From positions 94,118,001 through 94,182,000 of the forward strand of contig NC_058368.1 of NCBI RefSeq assembly GCF_018350175.1: 64,000 bases of DNA, in the 5' to 3' direction. Source of the DNA: Felis catus (Eukaryota). The position numbers were made by a program, and so were the translations under genes. The notes beneath the pieces are model-generated. The model was not told the DNA's origin. It saw only the letters and a list, made by a program, of their open reading frames with translations, and searched no databases. Below, in pieces: positions 11,406 through 23,739 of this stretch (the stretch's first letter is position 1; each line of letters begins with the position of its first letter).

Positions 11406-12390
11406 CTAAGCAAGAAGAAGAAAAATATACAGCAGTAGTTTCACAAATGTTACACATAATATTGAGTTCATGTTTCATATTTTATATATTTTCTTAATCT
11501 GGATGGAGAATAGGGTAAAGTTTTATTCTGAAGTTATATTATCTGTGATGAAAATTAACTCAATCCTCATTCCTCACTCACTGGTTACATGTGATGATGT
11601 TAATCTTGAGAGTGGGTGAATTTACTGAGCTTCCCTAATGCTAAGCCATAGTGAGGTGTTTTTTTTTTTTTGAGATTTTATTTTTTAATGTTTATTTATT
11701 TATTTATTTGAGAGAGAGACAAAGAGCAAGCAGGAGAGGGGCAAAGAGAGAGGGAGACACAAAATCCAAAGCAGGCTCCAGGCTCTGAGCTGTCAGCACA
11801 GAGCCCGATGCAGGGCTCAAACTCAGGGTGGTGAGATCAGGACATGAGCCAAAGTTGGACACTTCACTGACTGAACCACCCAGGCGCCCCTAAAGATTTT
11901 ATTTTACAAATAGTCTCTATACCCAACATGGGGCTCAAACTCACAGCCCCAAGATCAAGAGTCGCACCCTCCACCAACTGAGCCAGCCAAGCACTCCTCA
12001 AATGGCTCTTAAAATAGAATAGGATGCAGTTTCTGAATTAGGCTCTACCATACATGAGCATATATTTTGTTCCAATATTCACTTCAGAAATAGGACAAGG
12101 GAGAAAACAACAGCAGAAGCAAGATAATGTGTCAAAGGCGAAGATACAAGAGAAAAGCCTAGGGTCCGGATAGTAATCTCCCATGAGCTTTCTTATTATG
12201 CAACAATATAAGACAATATATTGTTTTTATATAGCTCTGGGCTAGACAATGTACTGCTGTCTCTCTATGGTACTATTCAGTACCGTGTCTCCCCCAAGCC
12301 CACCCATAATGATACTTTATACTTATTTCTAAAACAAAAAACAAAAAACAAAAAACATGTTTCCAGGGTCTAAATGCAAGAATAAATACT

Positions 12391-12490
12391 ACAGTAGGTA
12401 GATGAGCTGGGTTATAGAAACCAAACCAGGAAACTCTTTCTGAGGAATTTCCGTCACCATGTGTGGTCCTGCCACAAAAACGACACAGAA
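12391..12490 (-). pseudogene. Pseudo-exon FCVVFVAGPHMVTEIPQKEFPGLVSITQLIYL
   Basis: Strong acceptor ttctctttgctctttgtag|; donor position approximate. VSITQLIYL resembles recalled GREB1 VTSAQLPWL. Confidence 0.65.
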
Positions 12491-12590
12491 CTACAAAGAG
12501 CAAAGAGAATTGTAAACCTTTGGGGAAGGCGGACTGGAGAATTCGGTTTGGGTATGGAAGGCAAACCAAAGAATATGAATGAAGAGCAAC

Positions 12591-12756
12591 CTTGAAGTGG
12601 CCTTGCCAGATTTAACTCATGTGCCAAACGTAAGTGTGGTCCTCTCCACCCTCAAGGTTGTGGCCGAAAGAGCCAGAGCTCTAGGGTACAAAAGATTCTC
12701 TTGGGCTCCGCCTTTGCTTCTTTGTTATTGCCCATATCATGGTCTTAATGACTATC
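12591..12756 (-). pseudogene. Pseudo-exon IVIKTMIWAITKKQRRSPRESFVP*...YVWHMS*IWQGHFK
   Basis: Acceptor tttttcctgccag| with a weak donor AAG|gttgct. Phase 2->0 joins the next exon; parallels VIKSL...SVEEVLPF...RLWNEF. Confidence 0.6.
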
Positions 12757-13397
12757 CTGGCAGGAAAAACTTTTAAGTTTAAGGAAGGAGATTATTTTAA
12801 GAAATAACCAAATATCATTGGAATGGGATGTGAATAATTGAGGTAGGTATTACCTTTTTTTTTTTTTTTTTTTGGAAGAAGGGGAAAAGGAAAGGAGATT
12901 ATAAAATAATGAAACTTATTTTCTTGCACCTTTTGGAACATTTCTTTTCTTTTCTTTTTTAATGTTTATTTATTTTGAGAGAGAGAGCAAGAGACAGGCA
13001 GAAAGAGAGGGAGACAGAATCCCAAGCGGACTCCACACTGTCAGCACAAAGCCGGAAGCAAGGCTTGAACTCACAGAACTATGAGCCAAAACTGAGAATG
13101 GGACGCTTAACCAACTGAGCAACCCAGGCGCCCCTGACAAATTTCTCTGAAAATAATTACATTGTATAGCATAGGGAATACAGTCAATGGTATTCTAACA
13201 GTGTTGTATGCTGACAGGTGGTGGCTACATTTGTGGTGAGCATAAAAAATAATTACATTATATGACTCATCTATGTATGTTTCCGTGTGGCATGCACATC
13301 TACTCAAACATTTATGTAGCATAACCAAGTTGTTCTTCAAACAGGAAATGTAACTAATTTCAATTTGGACTACAGACTTTATGCACTCGATTCATAC

Positions 13398-13445
13398 AGA
13401 ATACATCCATGGTATTCACGTCAACTCTGAAGATGATTAAAATTC
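13398..13445 (-). pseudogene. Small pseudo-exon (48 nt; NFNHLQS*REYHGCIL)
   Basis: Acceptor ctgtttccttag| and donor TCT|gtatga. A SINE is inserted in the acceptor region. Confidence 0.6.
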
Positions 13446-13952
13446 CTAAGGAAACAGGGGCTCAGTCGGTTGAGCGTCCGACTTTGGCTCAGGTCACCAT
13501 CTTGCAGTTCATGGGTTCGAGCCCTGCGTCTAGCTCTGTGTTGACAGCTCAGAGCCTGGAGCCTGCTTCGGATTCTGTGTCTCCCTCTCTCTATGTCCCT
13601 TCCCTATTCATGCTCTGTCTCTCTCTGTCTCAAAAATAAATAAACATTAAAAAAAAAAATCCTAAGGAAACAGAATACAGGGGGTAAGTATAAATCTTGG
13701 TGTCAACACCATAATTAATGGTAGCTTTAAATGCATCAAGGTATGAAAGATGTGAACAGGAGGGGAGCCTGGGTGGCTCAGTTGGTTAAGCGTCTGACTT
13801 CAGCTCAGGTCGTGATCTCACAGCTTGTGAGTTCAGGCCCCGCATCAGGCTCTGTACTGACAGCTCGGAGCCTGGAGCCTGCTTTGGATTCTGTGTCTCC
13901 CTCTCTCTCTCTGCCCCTCCCCCTCTCACACTCCGTCTCTCTCTCTCAAAAA

Positions 13953-13983
<31 letters not shown>

Positions 13984-14079
13984 ACATTAAAAAAAATTTT
14001 AAAAAAAGATTCTGTGTCTCCCCCTCTCTCTGCCCCTCCCCTACTCACTCTCTGTCTCTCTCAAAAATAAATAAACATT

Positions 14080-14288
14080 GGGGCGCCTGGGTGGCGCAGT
14101 TGGTTAAGCCTCCGACTTCAGCCAGGTCACGATCTCGCGGTCCATGAGTTCGAGCCCCGCGTCAGGCTCTGGGCTGATGGCTCGGAGCCTGGAGCCTGTT
14201 TCTGATTCTGTGTCTCCCTCTCTCTCTGCCCCTCCCCCGTTCATGCTCTGTCTCTCTCTGTCCCAGAAATAAATAAAAACGTTGAAAA

Positions 14289-14319
<31 letters not shown>

Positions 14320-14333
14320 ACAAACAAACATTA
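14080..14333 (+). mobile_element. Young Felis-type Can-SINE (SINEC_Fc-like)
   Basis: Diagnostic ggcgcag...ttcagccaggtcacgatctcgcgg...gggctgatggctc with CpGs retained. Confidence 0.85.
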
Positions 14334-14727
14334 AAGATGTGAACAGGAGCTGGCAAAAAACAGGTCTCAATACACGATCAATTGCTTTACGTACATTATC
14401 TTGTTTCTTTCTCAGGGCAGTTCTATTACATGGGCGTTACTGTGATTTACTATTAATAAACCTCTATTAATAGAGAGGTTAAGTAAATTAACCAAGTTAA
14501 CTGAGGTCATGCAGCTAATTAGTGGCAAAGCCTCTTTTTGTAACCACATCTAACACCAGATTTTACACAACCTTTACATCTTTTTAAAATTTTTAAATGT
14601 TTTCTTTTTTTTAATTTAATTTTTTGTGAAATGTCTTCTTAGAAAGCAAACAAGAAGGCGAAATGGAGGTGCTCTGTTTCCACTGAAACCGTTACACTAA
14701 AAGTCTATTCCTTGGTGTATGTACACG

Positions 14728-14768
<41 letters not shown>

Positions 14769-15180
14769 GGCTCTTACTGACTTGTGTACACATCCACCAC
14801 ATCAAACTAGGAGTGAATTCTTTATCTTTTCCCTTTTATTGTGTGTTTTCCTTTACTTCCCTTCCATCAGGTTCTGCCTCAGCTCAGCTACTCACACCCC
14901 TTTCACCTGAACCCCACTCTTACTCCTCTCCTTTCCCAAAGACAAAGCCCCCAGTGATGGCGGTGGGGGTAAGAGAAAAGAGCCTTCCTCTGCCCCCTGC
15001 CATCAGGTCATGCACCCATTTATCTGTATCTGGGGATCCTTGTCTCCCCAGCAGCCTTCTTGCGTCCTTCCCAAAGCCCCTCTCCAGCCCATAGTCAGAG
15101 ACGCCCAGAGGAATCTTAGTGTTGTTTTCTTCTGAATTGTAGCCTACCCTCTCTCTTCCTTTGGGTCCTTCCGGGCATAC

Positions 15181-15202
15181 CTTCGTCATCTGTTTTCTTT
15201 TC
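15181..15202 (-). pseudogene. Micro pseudo-exon EKKTDDE (22 nt)
   Basis: Acceptor ttccttcctaacctctttag| and donor AAG|gtatgc. Its phase 0 start matches the upstream exon. Confidence 0.55.
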
Positions 15203-16498
15203 CTAAAGAGGTTAGGAAGGAACACAAGGAAAGGGGTGCAGGAGGAAACCTTTGCTACATTTAGAAGGATCTCAAGAGTATGTCACACTCCCAGATAGAA
15301 ATACGTCTTGTTGAAAGAGTTTTCAGCAAGCGGCGCCTGGGTGGCTCAGTCGGTTCAGCCTCTGACTTGTTTTCAGCTCAGGTCATGATCTTATGGTTCA
15401 TGAGATTGAGCCCAGAGTCGGGCTCTGTGCTGACAGCATGGAGCGTGCTTTGGATTCTCTCTCTACCTCTCTTTCTGCCCCCCTTCGTGCATGCATGCTC
15501 TCTCTCTCTCTCTCAAAATAAATAAACTGGAAAAAAAAGGGAGTATTCAGCGAGAGGGGCTGTTCACCTGATATTGCCATTCTGGGCACCTGAGTCTTGA
15601 CCATATTAGGCAGGTAGGGCCCGTGACTATGTCCATATTCCATAGTCCTCTGGGGTGAGGGGGTGAAAAGGGTGGGAAGGTTCTCTAACTCAAGATTTCA
15701 TTAAAATACCAGCAGGGTCTGTGAGAACCTACTGAATCCACACTGCAGAATAAGAACTAATTTAACCATAATTATGTGCAATACACAAACGCTATACAAT
15801 GCTTCTGATATTAATTTCTAATTCCTCTATCAATAAAGAATTGTTTTAAAAGTGCCTTTGGTGGGGCGCCTGGGTGGCTCAGTCAGTTAATTGTCTGACT
15901 CTTGGCCTCAGCTCAGGTCATGATCCCATGGTTTTGTGGGTTCGAGCCCTGCGTCAAGGTCCTGTGCTGACAGCACAGAGCCTGCTTAAGATTCTCTCTC
16001 TCTCTGCTCCTTCCCCACTTGCACTGTCCCTCTCTCAAAATAAATAAATAAATAAAACTTTAAAAAATAAATTAAATAGGGGCGCCTGGGTGGCTCAGTC
16101 GGTTGAGCGTCCAACTTCTGCTCAGGTCATGATCTCACGGTTGGTGAGTTCGAGCCCCGTGTTGGGCTCTGTCCTGACAGCTCAGAGCCTGGAGCCTGCT
16201 TTGGATTCCATGTCTCCCTCTCTCTCTCTCCTCCCCTGCTTGTGCTGTTTCTCTCTCTCAAAAGTAAACAAACATTTTTTAAAAACTTAAAAATAAATAG
16301 AATGAATAAAAATGCCTTGGCTGGGAATGGCAGACAGAATAGCTTCTCTTCAGCTCTAGTCCAAATGTCTCTTCCGTAATATGTTGACCAAAGTCTGCTT
16401 ATCTTTTTTTTTTTTTTTATGATACTCAGGCTGTTCCCATTTCATACCGGAATGTCATGTTTCTGTGTCAGGGCCCTTATTACTAATCAGTAAACTAC

Positions 16499-16961
16499 CT
16501 CTATCTCTAATTGCTTAAAGTTCAGATTTTAAACAACAGAGTCATCATCATGGAGTTGCCAATGTTTGTTTTCAATGTGCTCATGAAGATGCCAGACATC
16601 AAGTACTTTTTGCTCCAGGAGGAGAATCAGGCAAGGCCCAGAGGCCTACTGAAATGAGCTTCAGGGAAGAAAACGAGGCAGTTTAGTAGAAAGAAGCAGG
16701 GTAGTTGATGATCGCGAAGTACAGGAGTACAGCCGGGGTTCTTGACTTGGACTGGAAGCAGGAGATGGAAAGTCTCCAGCCAAGAGTATTCTGTCCATGT
16801 TTACATGATCGCTCGTTGCTGCTTCTCTTTGTGCACGTGCTTCCTTCTCTCTCTTCTGGGATTGCTCTTTCTGCTTCTTCCAGCACACGGGAGAATACTG
16901 CCACCTCACCAGCCCAAGTTGTACATCCCTTCCAATTCATTCAGTTGGCGACGATTTAATG
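16499..16961 (-). pseudogene. Large pseudo-exon IKSSPTE*...YSPVCWKKQ...LILLLEQKVLDVWHLHEHIENKHWQLHDDDSVV*NLNFKQLEIE
   Basis: Acceptor tcatgtacag| and donor GAG|gtagtt. One continuous frame of 154 codons with 4 stops; contains ORF 16661..16909. Confidence 0.7.
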
Positions 16962-17054
16962 CTGTACATGACAAATATTTCCTCCATATTTGCAGGAAAG
17001 TGAAGAGACTGATCAGTGGAAATTAGGTTTCCACCCCCAGTCTAATGTATTTAC

Positions 17055-17270
17055 ATCGGAGCGGGCCAACATGGGGGCCAAATATCTGAGAAGGAGGTGA
17101 GGGAAGGTTCTTTGAGGAGGAGCCTTGGGATGGGGAGAACAATGGCTTCTCTCTCTGGGGCGAATGGTTTCTCTGATGGCGTGGGGGTGAAAGGTTTCCT
17201 GCCACCACTTCCTTTTGCCTACTCTGTCCTTTGAGCTTCTGTACCCCTTGGGAGGACAATAATTTTCTGG
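17055..17270 (-). pseudogene. Ser/Pro-rich pseudo-exon ARKLLSSQG...GPHVGPLR
   Basis: Acceptor gactttag| and donor GAT|gtaaat. 216 nt and open (inside ORF 17023..17346). Confidence 0.55.
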
Positions 17271-17449
17271 CTAAAGTCCAAGCTACACACTGATCTGCCA
17301 CTGGGCTTAATAAATGGACTCCAGGACATGTCCCAGGTATTACCATTAATCATGCCCCTAGCAACAACTGCTCAAGGGCATAGACGTTTAACCATGGTGT
17401 CATCTTGGTTTAGAAACAGAAGAGTAGAAGCGAAGAGGACAGACCCAAC

Positions 17450-17513
17450 CTTCTTTAATGAGTCGAGACTGAGAGAAACAGCAATCAGGAGATACTATGC
17501 CAGATCCCACGCT
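17450..17513 (-). pseudogene. Pseudo-exon SVGSGIVSPDCCFSQSRLIKE
   Basis: Acceptor ccatctag| and donor AAG|gttggg. Phase 0->1 links both neighbours. Confidence 0.55.
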
Positions 17514-18199
17514 CTAGATGGTAATCTTCGATCAGGGTTTAAATTGTATCCAAGGGACGAGGCACCAGGTGGTTCGGATGGTTAAGTGTCTGACTGTTGA
17601 GTTGGGCTCAGGTCATGATCTTGTGCTTTGTGAGATGGAGTCCCGCAATGGGCTCTATGCTGATAGCACAGAGCTGGCTTAGGATTCCTTCTCTCTCCCT
17701 CTTAAAATAAATAAATAAACTTGATTTAAAAAATTGTATCCAAGAGAAGCTCTCTCGCCCACAGAATGCGGGCCAAAAATTTGCCAATTAATGGAGGCAA
17801 AATATTAGTTACATGGGAAATTACAAAAAACAGTACATACGTACCATGTACATTTTATTTTAACTTAAATCACATCACTGTATTTTTATCTGCAAATCTT
17901 TTGATGTGGGTCCAAGGCCTTTTTAAAATTTTTTTAATGTTTATTTTTAAGAGAGAGAGATTGAGACAGAGCATGAACAGGGGAGGAGCAGAGAGAGGGA
18001 GACACAGAATCTGAAGCAGACTCCAGGCTCCGAACTGTCAGCACAGAGCCGATGCGGGGCTCGAACCCACAAACCGTGAGATCGTGACGTGAGCCAAAGT
18101 CGGACGCTTAACCTACTGAGCCACCCAGGCTCCCTGGTCCAGGGCCTCTTTAAAAAATATGTAGAATCATTGCTTGGTGTTCTGCTTCATATTTCTCAC

Positions 18200-18354
18200 C
18201 TAAAACCATCCATTTTTGATAATCTCCAGATTTGAAGTGGAATGAACACTCAAAGGCTTTGGTGAAGCAGACTGAGGGCAAATCAGTGGATGTTTACTAC
18301 TCAGCTCGCTCTTTCAAAACCAATTTTTTAGTGACTTGTCTTCATTGAATCTTT
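18200..18354 (-). pseudogene. Pseudo-exon RFNEDKSLKNWF*KSELSSKHPLICPQ...IIKNGWF*
   Basis: Acceptor caatcttttag| and donor TAG|gtgaga. Phase 1->0. Confidence 0.65.
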
Positions 18355-18743
18355 CTAAAAGATTGCATTTAGTTTTCAATAGAAATAACAATTCTCTTTT
18401 TTCCCTCCTATTTCATTGGTAAATATAACAGTTAATTAAAATATGTAAATAGAAGGGTGCCTGGGTGGTTCAATTGGTCAGTCATCTGACTCTGGCTCAG
18501 GTCCTGGTCTCACGTTTTGTGAGTTTGAGCCCCACATTGGGCTCTGTGCTCTCAGTGCAGAGCCCACTTCAGATCCCCTGTTCCCCCTCTCTCTGTCCCT
18601 CCCCAGCTCTCTCTCAAAAATAAATAAACATTTAAAAAATATGTAAATAGAATGACCAGTACACTGCACATACATGTGTGGAAGCAAACCCTCGGTGAGG
18701 CTGCAACCCAGCTGGAGAGAGTGAAGTTGCACTGTGCACGGGG

Positions 18744-18915
18744 CAGTGTTGTGTAAACTTTCATGTGCATCAGAATCACCATCAGGGCTTGTTAAAAACG
18801 CATGTTGCTGAGTTTCAACTGGTCTGGGTTCAGGCCTGAGAACTGAATTTCTAACAAGTTATCAGAGGAGGCTGATGCTTCTGATCCAGGAGACCATACT
18901 TTGGGAACCACCGTT
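18744..18915. mobile_element. MER5A-like hAT MITE
   Basis: gcatcagaatcacc...gggcttgttaaaa...atttctaacaagtt...gaccatactttgggaaccac. Confidence 0.75.
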
Positions 18916-18961
18916 CTGGAGAGTGCCTTGGTAGCTGGCATGGGCCACAAACAGTCTGGAC

Positions 18962-19450
18962 CTTTCCGAGAGTGCCAGATAATCCAGGAAGCTGATTAGA
19001 TGAAGTTCTACTATGAGAGCTGTTGCTGTACTTCTGTCTCATTATGTTTTTCCAGGTGCTCGGTTTTGTGGTAGAGGCTCAGCTACCCGGGGCTCTGGTC
19101 TTGTCTCCGAAGGTAAACAACTGTGTAATCGGGGATGGTCACTCAACTTTGACAATCGCTTCACTTATCTGTATGAAATGGGTCTGATAATTTTTTTTTC
19201 CAGAGATAAAGGACTTATTACTCATTGCACAGCAAGCATCAGTAGCATCAACATGTTTGTGTTGTTCTCCATTGCCACCAAGCACCCTGGGCGTGACACA
19301 ATATGAGCCAGACGGGGCTGGGCACACAGTGGCTTTGTGTTGTAGTTGAGGAGCACTGAGCTTGGAGGATCCACTGCTTTTATAGCAAGCACTAAACAAG
19401 TCTGCTCTTGATCAGAAGGACGAAGTTAACTTATCTCTCAAGTTTACCAA
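18962..19450 (-). pseudogene. Candidate long pseudo-exon LVNLRDKLTSSF*...ISEAIVKVE*...GTLGK
   Basis: Acceptor tcttatacag|. A single frame with three TGA stops spans ORF 19139..19399 and part of 18851..19042. The donor is uncertain. Confidence 0.45.
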
Positions 19451-20849
19451 CTGTATAAGATAACCTGAGAGGGGCACCTGGGTGGCTCAGTAGGTTGACC
19501 AACTTCGGCTCAGGTCATGATCTCGTGGTTCGTGAGTTCAAGCCCTGCATTGGGCTCTGTGCTGACGGCTCAGAGGCTGGATGGAGCCTGCTTTGGATTC
19601 TGTGTCTCCCTCTCTCTCTGCCCTTCCCCTGTTCGTGCTCTGTCTTTCTCAAAAATAAATGAAAACCATTTAAAAAATTTTTTTAAAATAAGATAATCCA
19701 GAGAAATGGCCCCAGTGAAAGCAGTTGGAGTCTTGCAGTCTTAGGGCATGCCCAGCAAGAGGACTACCAGAGGCCCAACAAGAGTGGTCTCTCCCAACAC
19801 TGTGCACTTGTAAAAACAATGGAATTGTGACATCCAAACGTATTTGTATTTTACAACTTGATACCCATTGCCAAAATTCTCTTCAGAAAACTTGCACCAA
19901 GTTACATTCCCAGCAAGACTGCACAAGAGGGCCCATCTCTCTATGTTCTTGCTATCAACTTTTTACTGTTTGCTAGTTTCAGAGGTAAAAGGCAAAGTCT
20001 TATTTCATTTGTGTCTCTTTGATCGATAGTGAGGTTGAACATCTTTGTGTACTTGCTGGTTACTCCTATCTCTTCTCAGTGAACCACACGCACTTGTTTT
20101 CTCAAGATACATTAGTTCTTCTTGTACCGAGGAAGAATCCTTCCTGGACCATAAGTTTTGAGCATTGAGCATCTATCATGAGCAAAACTTTGGCTCTGCC
20201 TTTGGGCTTCCCCAGAGTAGTGGGGGGAAATGAATCACACTCCAGAAAAAAAAAGGGGATTTATGACACCAGCCTCTGAATGCTAAGGGTCAAAGGTGTA
20301 ACATGATCATTTATTCACTCAGCCATCACCGAGCCCTTCCCAGTGCCAGGCATTTGTCCAGGTACTGGAAATAGAAGAATATCCAGATATAGCCACCGTC
20401 CTGAAGGCACTCCCAGTGCCATGGAGAACAGCTATGGAGGAGAGCTATGATAATAAAGGCAGACACAGGGTGCTTTAACACCCAATTGGCTTTCTAATTG
20501 GAAGCGATCATTTTTATCCTTTCTAACGTGTAGTTTTTGTACATAATGACAACACATACGAAAATATAAAAATATATAGCCCTCAAAATATAAGATATTA
20601 TTATCAGAGATAGCATAATACCATGAGAAGATTGTAGTTTGGGGAACCAAACCTACAAGAGTTGTTGTCCCATTTCAGCCACTTACTAAGCTGTGTGATC
20701 TTGAGAAAGTTCCTTAATAATGTTTTCCCCATAGGGTCAGTGTGAGTCGTGAAAATACTGTAAATGAAGTCATGCCCAGCTTCATATTTGTGGGGCCTGA
20801 ACACCTAGGTATCATATGTATAAATATGGAAAAGTTTAAATAAAATGAA

Positions 20850-21490
20850 CTACTGATGAAATGCACAATCTATCAAAATTCCAGTTCCTTTGTTTGCAGA
20901 AATCAATAAGTTGATCCTGAAGATCCTGTGGAATTTCAAAGAACCTCAACTAGCTAAAACTATCTTGAAAGAAAACAAAGCTAGGGGCCTCATACTTCTC
21001 AATTTCAACATTTACTGCAGAGCTACATTAATCAAGACAGCATGTAATACTGGCATCAGGACAGATACATACATCAGCAGAAAAGAATTGAGAAAGAAAG
21101 TCTCACATTTATGGCGAATGGATTTTCAACAAGACTGCCAAGACAATTCAATGGGGAAAGAATTGTCTTTTCAACTAATGATACGGGGAGAGCAGGATAT
21201 CTGCAAACAATGAAGTTGGACCCCTTGCTCATATGTAAAAATAAATCAACTCAAAATCGATCAGAGACCTAATTTGTAAGAACTAAAAGTATAAAACTCT
21301 CATGAGAAAACACAGGCATGGGGCACCTGGGTGGCTCAGTCGATTAAGCATCCAACTCTTGATTTCAGCTCAGGTCATGATCTCATAGTTCGTGGGATCA
21401 CGCCCTGCGCTGGGCTCTGTGCTGACAGCATGGAGTCTGCTTGGGATTCTCTCTCTCCTTCTCCCTCTCCCTTTGCCTTCCCCCACTCGT

Positions 21491-21533
<43 letters not shown>

Positions 21534-21820
21534 ATAAATAAACATTCAACTCTTAAAAAAAAGAAAACACAGTTGTGATCTTTATGACCTTTGATTAGGC
21601 AATGGTTTTTTTTTTTTTTTATATCTGACACCAAAAGCACAAAGAATAAAAGAAAAGATAAATAAATTGGGACTTCCAATTAGAAACTTTTGTGCTCCAA
21701 AGGACACTATCAAGAAAGTGAAAAGACAACCCACAGAATGGGAGAAAACATTTGTAAATCATACATGTGACAGTAAACTTGTGTCTAGAACATATAAAGA
21801 ACAGTTACAAATCAATAATA
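20850..21820 (+). mobile_element. Old L1 ORF2 3' fragment
   Basis: ORFs FAEINKLILKILWNFKEPQLAKTILK and KDTIKKVKRQPTEWEK. Confidence 0.9.
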
Positions 21821-21829
21821 AATCAAACT

Positions 21830-23230
21830 ACAAAGTGTTAGGTAAAATATTTTCCATTTTCTTACTTGTTCAAAATAACTTCAGAAACACAAAAAAAGAA
21901 AATTTTGCAGGAAGTGTGATCATATGTGATTGCAAGTTGGTAGAATACTAAAGACAATAAAATTTTAAAAGTGCTCATTGACATGAGACATAAATAATTC
22001 AGAAAGCATATTGATTTCATAAAACTTATTTTTTCCGTCATTTCAGCAAAATTATTTTTTTAAAGATGTCTCTTTTTTTAATGTTTCTTTTTGAGAGAGA
22101 GAGAGAGAGAGAGAGAGAATTAGCAGGGGAGGGCAGAGAGAGAGTGAGACACAGAATCCAAAGCAGGCTCCAGGCTTTGAGCTGTCCATACTGAGCCTGA
22201 CATGGGGCTTGAACTCATGAACCATGAGATTGAGACCTGAGCTGAAGTTGGACGCTTAACTGACTGAACCATCCAGGCACCCCTCAGCAAAATTATTTAA
22301 TTCTACTGTTAAATTAAAATATTTACAAAATTTGTATTCTATTGAAAGCAATGTTTCTGAAGAGTTAAACATGAAAATGTATTTGGACAGTACAAAATTT
22401 GAATATATTTTATTTTGTTAATGTTTATTTATTTTTGAAGGAGAGACATACAGAGCGTGAGTGGGGAAGGGGCAGAGAGAGAGGGAGACAAAGAATCCGA
22501 AGCAGGCTCCAGGCTCTGAGCTGTCAGCACAGAGCCCAATACGGGACTCGAACCCACAAGCCGTAAGATCATGACCTGAGCTGAAGCTGGACACTTAACT
22601 GAGTGAGCCACCCAGGCACCCTGAATATATTTTAATAAAAAAGTGAATTAAAATAAATGTAAAAATCAAAAGATTTAAATTTTAAACTTATTATGATGTT
22701 TCGAAAGTTACTTTTCTCCTAAAAATATTCAGAATGACCTATTAAAATATGAAACAAAATAGGATGTATGGTTAATATGAAAAATTTTAATGCAAATTTT
22801 TTAATATTTTGAAAACAATTAAATTTTATCAAATACTGTTAGAAAAATAGGACTATTTGGAGTTTTAATATTCAATACCCATATAGATGCCAATGTACAT
22901 CAGCATCAAGGATGTTTCAGATTACGCCTAAAATTATACAATGTAACAGAATATAAACTGTTTAATATCGCAAAGTAATCTCAGTTGCTCTATGCAACTG
23001 TTGTGAATGTCTTGACTCATGGTGTCTCTGGAATGAAGCACTGAAAGACAATGAGAAGGAAGAAATGGATGTTGTTTGACATTACTGGGGATGGATACTT
23101 CTGTATGAAAGAATCTCTTGCCTTTATGCTACCAGGAGAGAAGTCTGAAAAGTCAACAAATTTGTCTTCTGTTTGTAACTTCGGTGTTACGAGAAAGCCT
23201 ACTGTTGAAAGACTTCATTCTAAAGCAGTG
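21830..23230 (-). mobile_element. hAT (Tip100/Zaphod-like) transposase remnant inserted in L1 sequence
   Basis: AT-rich; minus-strand LLSIEYKFCKYFNLTVELNNFAE resembles the hAT dimerisation-domain C-terminus. Confidence 0.5.
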
Positions 23231-23739
23231 CATTTCCTTGATGTCAACAACAGTACAATGCACACACCTTCAAGGCAGACACTTAAAGGTGTGTATTCAT
23301 CGGGAAGGTATGTATTCATCAGGAAGGGGCGTAAAAGAGCTCTTTGGGATGCTAGAAATGTTGTATATCTTTTTGTTTCAAAGATACAGGGTAAGAGAAG
23401 CGGAGAAGAATTTCCCTAGAGTTGAGTGATCCCAAGTATTGATTGATAAATATTTTGTGTGTGTGTGTGTGATTTGTGGACCCCTCTAGTGCATGGAGCC
23501 CAGGGGAGGAGCCCCTCTTGTCCCAGCCTAAGGGTGGTCCTATAAGACATGCCATGTGGCAGGGGAAAAATAATGAATATTCTCATTCTTTATAAACTAT
23601 GTGATTATCAGAAGTGTGTGCAGTATGGAATTCTGTCTTCTAGAAACACTGTTTCCTTGTCTTCTGTTATGGCATTCTCTTTGATTTTCTCCTCAGCAGA
23701 GTGCAGCAAAATTAGAACCTAACAATAAAGACAGAGCAG

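Noticed and set aside
3756..19450. In-frame TGA codons as possible selenocysteine or readthrough
   Set aside because: TAG and TAA stops, frameshifts and broken splice sites co-occur, so pseudogene decay explains them.
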